64,000 nucleotides of DNA, taken from the NCBI GenBank assembly GCA_964640175.1, contig CAZXFW010000003.1, positions 256,072 through 320,071 of the forward strand, given 5' to 3'. Source of the DNA: an uncultured Polyangiales bacterium (lineage in GTDB: Bacteria; Myxococcota_A; Polyangia; Polyangiales; GCA-016699535). Below, piece after piece: positions 58,068 to 64,000 of the stretch (its first letter is position 1; each line of letters begins with the position of its first letter). The position numbers and the translations under genes are program-made. A model generated the notes under the pieces. That model was not told where the DNA came from and did no database searches. It was given only the letters and a program-made list of their open reading frames with translations.

Positions 58068-58710
58068 CGCTCCATCGACTTAACAGGCGAGAAAAATTGT
58101 CCCATCGACACGATGTTTATTTAATAACGTTGGCAATCACGACCCTTTTATCTTTGACCTTTGGGTAGCTCGAATCATATGCTTTGGGGACAACAGAACG
58201 CTCACAACTTAAGATGGCTTACCTTGGCAGGCTTGATAATTATGGCAGGTTGGTTCGCACATTTAGTTGCCATAAAACCACACTCCCGTACTCTTCAGAA
58301 GTTACACGTCCTGAACACCGCACAGATTGAGCTCAAAACGAGCTGGTTATATTTCGGTAACAATTGCAGAATAACCTAGCCTTTGTGATTGGCAGTTGGT
58401 GGAATGCGGAGTTTCAGGCCCCGGCCCATTTCTCGATGTTTTGCGGGCGCATGGGCCTCCCGTCGGCAATGGTTGAGATGCAGTTCTTAGCAGGGGCAAT
58501 TTGGTTTCTGAGTTTTCTATTTCTTTCAAAAATTCCGCTGGTGGAACGCCAATTGCAGTCCATGTCATCAAGAGGTATGCAATGATCTTATCTCGCTAGC
58601 GTGTTTTGACCGTGCTGCCTCTTGGTTAATCCTGGCCAGCATCGTGTGCGTCACTTGGGCGGCACCGAGTTAGCTAATCGCTCTTCTGTTTGCTCGGAGC
58701 CCACGTGGTG

Positions 58711-58812
58711 CCTGCGACTGCAGGCGAGTGCCAGCCGTGACCTTTTTTCAATCGCGTTCGCCTGCCAGCATCACCACCTGAGCCTCACATTCATGCTTTG
58801 AAATCCCTAGGC
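58711..58812. repeat. About 101-bp direct repeat, copy 2 (supplies the last 7 codons and stop of the LysM gene)
   Basis: Aligned by eye to 57287-57387. Preceded by cacgtggtgcctgc (58702-58715), which is identical to 62335-62348 in the transposase relic. Confidence 0.85.
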
Positions 58813-59222
58813 TTCCGAGCTAAACTCCAGAGCGACTCCCCGGGCGCTAAGAAATGATAGACACCGTCGCTCAACGCCGGCAACTTCGCCCGCGCAACCT
58901 CGTGAGCTTTTTGTCGGTCCTCGGCTGTCTCCACTATCACAGATCGCACCGCTCCTGGAATGCGCAGCTTCTGGCCAGGCCTGACTAAGTTTGCGTCAGC
59001 GGCACTTAGCTTGTTCACCGCGATGATATCGGCAATGCGCAAATTGTAACTTCGGGCAATATCCCACAGTGTTTCTCCTTCCTTGACTTCGTGCAGCACA
59101 TCCGGCGCAGCTTTCAATTGCCCTGAATCAAAAGAAGCGTCTTTCAGCTTACGGCTTGCGTCTTGGTTACCGCATGCGCAAAGCAGAACTAAAAAAACCA
59201 TCGTGCGTTTGGCAGTCATCAA
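58791..59222 (-). CDS. LysM-domain lipoprotein, 3'-truncated in its second LysM repeat
   Basis: Lipobox LLCAC. A complete LysM (HEVKEGETLWDIARSYNLRIADIIAVNKL..RPGQKLRIP). A second LysM starts at YHFLAPGESLWSLAR and ends after about 16 residues, inside repeat copy 2. Confidence 0.75.
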   Translation of the reverse strand: MMTAKRTMVFLVLLCACGNQDASRKLKDASFDSGQLKAAPDVLHEVKEGETLWDIARSYNLRIADIIAVNKLSAADANLVRPGQKLRIPGAVRSVIVETAEDRQKAHEVARAKLPALSDGVYHFLAPGESLWSLARKPRDFKA

Positions 59223-59315
59223 AGGCCTCGTAGCCTATCAGGGACACGACGATTTGGCTTGGCTTTTTTTTTTAGCCACGGGCATCGGTCGGCGGATGTG
59301 CTAGACTACGTGTCT

Positions 59316-59846
59316 ATGCAAGCAACTTTCAATATGTTTTTCCGTCCTCTGTGTGCTTGTCGAGGACTGTTGCAGCTCGCCCTCGTATGCAGCCTATCGT
59401 CTGCGCTTGCCTGTGAGACGAGTTCGGAGGAACCAGCAATCACCGCTACAACCACAGCGCTCTCTTCAACGCCATCGCCTCTAAAAACAGCATTGCTTGG
59501 CATACACATCGGGCGGGGTGGACACGTAGCAGTCGCGTTCGGCGCCAAAAAAGACTATCCCTTCCAAGCTGATCACAACCAAGGTGATCTGCGTATTGAG
59601 GTTCGCGACTCAACGACGACAGGCGTGTTGGGTGTAGTTAAAGCTCAAATACCTCGTTTATGCGACTGCCACGACAAAGAGTCGCATTTCGAAGGGGATG
59701 TAGAAATTTCCCATGAAACGACGGTGCTGGTCAAGGTGCCCTACAGCACCGGTGCTGAGATGCTCACGGTGACTGCCGAGGCTCACACGGACAAAGCCGA
59801 TAAACCCACCTCCATCACTCGAAGTTTAGCGGAGGTTGCCCAATGA
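59316..59846 (+). CDS. Lipoprotein of unknown function, translationally coupled to the M64-like gene
   Basis: Signal with lipobox LSSALAC. Stop/start overlap ATGA at 59843. The ORF opens at 59259. Confidence 0.6.
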   Translation: MQATFNMFFRPLCACRGLLQLALVCSLSSALACETSSEEPAITATTTALSSTPSPLKTALLGIHIGRGGHVAVAFGAKKDYPFQADHNQGDLRIEVRDSTTTGVLGVVKAQIPRLCDCHDKESHFEGDVEISHETTVLVKVPYSTGAEMLTVTAEAHTDKADKPTSITRSLAEVAQ

Positions 59847-62206
59847 TTCGTCGCTTCGCCATCGCAGTGCTGCTTTTTTGTGCTGGGCTGGCAAGTAGCC
59901 CTGTCGCGTTTGCGCAAACTATTAACTGCACCACGCGTCCCGACCTTTGTAACCGACCGGTCAGCAGTGAGATCAACTCACCCGTTGCACAAGCGCACGA
60001 TATTGTCTTTTTGGGCGACGGTTATACCTCAGCAGATCTTGAACAGTTTGCGATTACGATTACCAGTCTTATCGATGGCCTCAAAACTCTGCCGGCTGGA
60101 AGAGGCTTTGTCGATTTGGATCCTACGTTGTTCAACTATCATCGGATAGATGTGGCATCGCAAACCAATGATCTTTCGGATGCAGATCTGACCGACACGG
60201 CGTTTGGCAGTCGTGGAACTTCCTTCGATCCTATTCGGTACGATGCGACAGCACTCTTGTTTGCCGCTGCTCAGAACGCGCCGGATGCCGATACGGTGGT
60301 ATTGGTGATTAACACGCCGGCTGGGCGAGCGAATGCGCTAAAGCCGACCAGTCACATTTCTGGTGGACGAACGGTGATCTCCATTCAAGGTGGCTTCTTG
60401 GGCACACTTGTTCACGAACTCGGACATGCCATGTTCATGCTCGGTGATGAGTACGCCGACTATACGGCTTGTTATGAGGGTGGAGAATCTGGAGTGATTT
60501 TGGACCCCAATCTTACCAGTAGTCCATTGGGAGAAAAATTTACGCGTGCCTATTCCGACCCGTCAACGCAGCCATCCCCTGTCGAAGGTGGCGGATTGTA
60601 TTCACATTGTATTTATAGGCCTGCTGCCACTTGCAGAATGCGCTCCTCGGCATCGGCATGGTGTCCAGTCTGCGGGCGTATGGTTCGGACGTTAGTGGAA
60701 GAGAGGCGACATGGCGATGATCGCGATGCGCCTTATTCGGCGCTTAGTGGAATTTCTCCAAGTGGCCGCGCGGCTGGAGTCATCGAGCTTTTCGTCCGAA
60801 ATTTCGATTCTCGCGGCGTTGTGGCAAGTGAGCTGTGGATTGATGACGTCTTACGCCCTACTGACCTACTCGGACGTTATCTCTGGGATACCACTACTGA
60901 AGAAACCGGCGTCCATAGGATTCGGACTCAAGCTTTTGACGCATCTGGCAAATCCGACCCTGCGGCGTTCAGTTACGACGTCACTGTGTTTCGGGATTCG
61001 CAAGCGCCTGAGTTAGCCATATTGAGTCCGGCTAGCTACTCTACGGTTTCTGGATTTTTTGAAATTCATGCGACTGCGACGGATGATTTCCAGCTGGATA
61101 ATTGGGAAGTTCATGTCGATGGGCGGTTCGTGACCGGCGGAACCTGGGGAAGGCCCCTCACCAGCGCAGAGTTTCGTACCAACATTAACAGCGCGAATTA
61201 CTCGAATGGTCGGCACACGGTGTTGGTTCTGGTGGAAGATAACTCTAAACATCGTGACACATGGGTACTCGACCTTAATTTTGCGAACGCTGGAGGCGAT
61301 ACCGTAGCACCTACGGTCACTTTAACTCAGCCAAACCCAGGTCAGGTGCTTTCGGATAGCGTGACGATCGCTGCCACAGCCGAGGATAACGTCGGTGTAT
61401 CGCGGCTGGAGGTGCTCATCGATGGGGGGCTGGTCGCGACTCGAACGCAAAGCCCTTACACTTTTGTGTGGGATACGACGAGCTGGCCCAACGGAAACCA
61501 CACTATTCAAGCAAGGGCGTTCGATGCCGCTGGCAATAGCGGCGTGTCCGACGTGCGCCAAGTGACGGTTTCTAACACCACAAGGTGGCCGGTGCTGTTT
61601 GTTGTGGGAGCCAAGAAACTGACCCCCGCAGAGCTTGCTATCCAAAATCGACTTACCTCACAGTTAGGTGCCGAAGTCACCGTAATACCAGGGGCTTCTG
61701 CAAAAGCTGCGAGCGCCCAAGGGGCTTCGCTGGTGGTGATTTCCCCTTCAGTCAAAGAAAGCGCTGTGAAAAAGAAGTTCCGGCGTGTGACCGTTCCTGT
61801 GCTTTGTATGAATGCCCGGCTGTTTGATGAACTTGCCCTAACTCTACCAAAATGGGGAACGCAGCAAGGCACTCAAGACGGGCAAAGCAGGCTTAAGATT
61901 ATCACGCCTACGCACCCACTTGCTGCTGGGTTATCGGGTAACATCAATGCCGTAACGAACTCTGCAGCCGCTTTTAGTTGGGGGAAACCTGCTCCGAGCG
62001 CCGTGGTGGCTGCCACCCTTGTGGATGCAACAGACAAAGCGGCATCGTTTGGTTACGAAAGTGGCACTGTTATGGTGGGCAAGCAAAAGGCAGTTGCTCG
62101 GCGCACCGGTTTGTTTGCCACAGAGCAAGCGATCGCCGCCTTCGACGAGACCACCAAGGGCTGGCGATTGTTCGATGCTGCTGTCCTTTGGACGGCCAAT
62201 CGATAG
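59843..62206 (+). CDS. Secreted M64 (IgA-peptidase-like) zinc metallopeptidase with three Ig-like repeats and an uncharacterised alpha/beta-like C-terminal domain
   Basis: Signal ..PVAFA-Q and the motif LVHELGHAMFMLGDEY. Three repeats end in WDTT..G.H.I..A.D..G. The C-terminal ~190 aa starts at WPVLFVVGAKKL. Confidence 0.7.
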   Translation: MIRRFAIAVLLFCAGLASSPVAFAQTINCTTRPDLCNRPVSSEINSPVAQAHDIVFLGDGYTSADLEQFAITITSLIDGLKTLPAGRGFVDLDPTLFNYHRIDVASQTNDLSDADLTDTAFGSRGTSFDPIRYDATALLFAAAQNAPDADTVVLVINTPAGRANALKPTSHISGGRTVISIQGGFLGTLVHELGHAMFMLGDEYADYTACYEGGESGVILDPNLTSSPLGEKFTRAYSDPSTQPSPVEGGGLYSHCIYRPAATCRMRSSASAWCPVCGRMVRTLVEERRHGDDRDAPYSALSGISPSGRAAGVIELFVRNFDSRGVVASELWIDDVLRPTDLLGRYLWDTTTEETGVHRIRTQAFDASGKSDPAAFSYDVTVFRDSQAPELAILSPASYSTVSGFFEIHATATDDFQLDNWEVHVDGRFVTGGTWGRPLTSAEFRTNINSANYSNGRHTVLVLVEDNSKHRDTWVLDLNFANAGGDTVAPTVTLTQPNPGQVLSDSVTIAATAEDNVGVSRLEVLIDGGLVATRTQSPYTFVWDTTSWPNGNHTIQARAFDAAGNSGVSDVRQVTVSNTTRWPVLFVVGAKKLTPAELAIQNRLTSQLGAEVTVIPGASAKAASAQGASLVVISPSVKESAVKKKFRRVTVPVLCMNARLFDELALTLPKWGTQQGTQDGQSRLKIITPTHPLAAGLSGNINAVTNSAAAFSWGKPAPSAVVAATLVDATDKAASFGYESGTVMVGKQKAVARRTGLFATEQAIAAFDETTKGWRLFDAAVLWTANR

Positions 62207-62610
62207 CACACGTCCTTATCGTTATCTTTGAGCCGCTGGACCTTATCAGCCGACTTTGCGCCTTGGTGCCACCTCCTCGATTTCATCTTCTTAGGTACCA
62301 TGGCGTTCTTGCAGCACACGCCAAAGACCGAAGCCACGTGGTGCCTGCTCCACAAAAGGATGAAGACCCAAGGGTTCAGCTCGATTTCTGGGACGATGAC
62401 CCACCGGAGCCCAAACCCAAGCGAACTTCTTGGGCCAAGCTCCTGGCCAGAGTGTTTAGGGTGGATGTCACCGTCTGATTGTCTTGCGGCGGCCCCATGA
62501 AAATCATCGAGTTCGTGGATGCCCAAGCTGCGTTTGTGTTCCGCAACCAAACGCACTCACCGTCATCAATACGATTGCTCTGTCATGGAAACGCATGCAC
62601 GCTGGGATAG
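62206..62610 (+). pseudogene. IS91-family transposase relic, part B (C-terminal end with an in-frame stop)
   Basis: HVLIVIFEPLDLISRLCALVPPPRFHLLRYHGVLAAHAKDRSHVVPAP...SWAKLLARVFRVDVTV, a stop, then LSCGGPMKIIEFVDAQ. Confidence 0.75.
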
Positions 62611-62632
62611 CTACTATCTCTACCCTACTAAA

Positions 62633-63964
62633 CTAGTAGCGTATTGGAGTCGGAACACCGGTGACGATCCCGAAAGGTGTGTGGAAACGTGCGGTTTTTG
62701 TTTCGCTTTTTGTGGACCACAGCTGAGAAAAGTCCGCAACAACGAACTCGACTTCGTCGGTCTCGCTAAGAAACGGCGCTAACACATACTCAGTGTCACG
62801 ATCATCGACGAAGGACATGGCTACATCACCGTCCTCTGTTGAGACAAATAGGCCTGTACGAGGTTCTATCTCCAATCCTGTACTGAAACCGCGAGGAACT
62901 CTCAGCGGATAGAATGCAGGGTTACTTGTGCCCTCGACCGAATGCGTATGCGCGAAAAGCCTATGGGTGCTCTTATAGGAGGAAGGAATTCCGACCGAAA
63001 TCGCATCGCCAATGATTACAACGCCTTGGTTCGGATCACTGACGCTCTCCAGCACGGCCACTTCAATTTCTCCTGATCGTTCAGTCGATAGAAGAACAGC
63101 GAGGCGAAGTTTTAAGCGCAAAGCATCTTCAGGCGACAAATACTCGTGGTTCTTCAAGTCCCAAGCATAAGTCTTATCGTCGACTTTGGTCAAAACCCCC
63201 TTGTCCAACCAAGATGCGATCTCCTCAGCACGGCTAACGCGCTCGGCTATGACTGCTGCTTGGTTAGGAAAGCGGTCGCCGTAGTCCCACACAGCTTTGC
63301 CCTGGTCTGTTACGAAATACGCGGCGACAGAGGACCACAGTAGATAGCGGTCTTCGTCTGTTCTATGTTGAAACAACGCAGCGAGTTCATCATAGGAGAT
63401 CTCAGTTTGTGGCCAACCATCGAACATAAACGGCTCTGTATCGATAGTTTCCACGTCGCTGGGCATTGGTTGAATCAACCCTTGGCGAAGCCGCGCAGTA
63501 ATAGCGGCCACTCTCTCGTCAAGACCCTTTGCGGGTCTAAGCGTCTTGATGCAGTGAGTTGACATCCAGAAGCTAGAACGACCATCTGCAGTAGCCAACG
63601 CAGAATACTCGCCGGGATACCCCTCAGAGTTACCCAGAAATACAAGCTCTTCGTTCGCTTGTGAATTGCCGACTTGCCCTAGGCGATATGTGAAGGGCTC
63701 AAAGGTTGGACAGTGTCTGACAGTTGCGATGGGGAGATATGTTGTGAATGGGCCACGGTGTGCTGATAAGTTTGGCAACGGCTGCTGGTTCAAAAGTACA
63801 AAATTTTCTTCCGAAGCAGAAATCTGGCCCCACCATGATGGCGGATCTGTGTCACGTGCATGTAGGCCAAAAATGGGCACTTGATCAGGGAATGCAGGTC
63901 CCTGTCCGATGTGTTGATCAAGGGTCTGGTAGTATGGACTGCTTATCGTCCCGGCAGGTTGCAT
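62633..63964 (-). CDS. Hypothetical protein (443 aa, no signal peptide seen)
   Basis: Long uninterrupted ORF. No family motif recognised. Confidence 0.55.
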   Translation of the reverse strand: MQPAGTISSPYYQTLDQHIGQGPAFPDQVPIFGLHARDTDPPSWWGQISASEENFVLLNQQPLPNLSAHRGPFTTYLPIATVRHCPTFEPFTYRLGQVGNSQANEELVFLGNSEGYPGEYSALATADGRSSFWMSTHCIKTLRPAKGLDERVAAITARLRQGLIQPMPSDVETIDTEPFMFDGWPQTEISYDELAALFQHRTDEDRYLLWSSVAAYFVTDQGKAVWDYGDRFPNQAAVIAERVSRAEEIASWLDKGVLTKVDDKTYAWDLKNHEYLSPEDALRLKLRLAVLLSTERSGEIEVAVLESVSDPNQGVVIIGDAISVGIPSSYKSTHRLFAHTHSVEGTSNPAFYPLRVPRGFSTGLEIEPRTGLFVSTEDGDVAMSFVDDRDTEYVLAPFLSETDEVEFVVADFSQLWSTKSETKTARFHTPFGIVTGVPTPIRY

Positions 63965-64000
63965 ACGACCGCGCCGAAAGATAAATATTTTTTCGTCTGG

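Larger units (their letters stand above)
57241..62205. mobile_element. About 5-kb block separating the two colinear halves of the IS91-type transposase relic
   Basis: Transposase similarity stops near 57240 (..WIFPGG) and resumes at 62206 (HVLIVIFEPLDLISRL) in the same orientation. No transposase of its own is seen. Confidence 0.4.

Noticed and set aside
62633-63964. JAMM/MPN-like metalloprotease signature (FAHTHSVEG ... STED) in the 443-aa hypothetical protein
   Set aside because: The HxH and SxxD elements are about 33 residues apart instead of about 7-10, and the upstream Glu is not identifiable. The protein is left as hypothetical.

Overview
This is a 64-kb chromosomal window of moderate GC (roughly 50-55% by eye). 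I count about 57 protein-coding genes and recognise no rRNA, tRNA or CRISPR array. All family calls come from motifs read by eye in the supplied translations; no database search was run.

Taxon (inference only): the gene content suggests a Myxococcota/Bradymonadia-like deltaproteobacterium. The evidence is AgmX/PglI-type TonB-C domains, a GYF+TM protein with GltJ-like architecture, a fibro-slime lipoprotein, FHA-GGDEF, a sigma54 enhancer-binding response regulator and many lipobox proteins.

Layout:
- 1-37 kb is mostly housekeeping: fabD, bolA-grxD, aroC, pyrD, guaBA, pfk, rlmB, pyrF, a DEAD-box helicase, gpsA, lon and glpD. Small insertions interrupt it.
- 37-64 kb is accessory: large orphan envelope proteins, copA, a sigma54 two-component cluster with secreted proteins, a GC-rich catalase, IS91-family transposase relics, vapBC, and an M64-like metallopeptidase operon.

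Most interesting observations:
1. A single-gene DUF4143 AAA+ ATPase insertion (5547-6767) is bracketed by 46-bp direct repeats that duplicate a terminator plus the start of the TonB-dependent receptor.
2. A 29+ nt duplication of the fabD 3' end brackets a 1.8-kb decayed islet carrying an AbrB-type antitoxin/Doc pair.
3. An IS91-family transposase relic is split into two colinear halves by a 5-kb block. That block contains a vapBC module bracketed by ~101-bp direct repeats, one of which truncates a LysM gene.
4. A GC-rich clade-3-type catalase sits directly upstream of that relic.
5. An orphan SctJ/YscJ-family lipoprotein lies next to GltJ/GltG-like proteins.
6. An 842-aa envelope protein has a protein-kinase-like C-terminal domain.
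7. A seven-gene, single-strand cluster (47.5-54.4 kb) of unknown function has its own sigma54 two-component system.

I cannot name one clear-cut novel system; these are ranked candidates.
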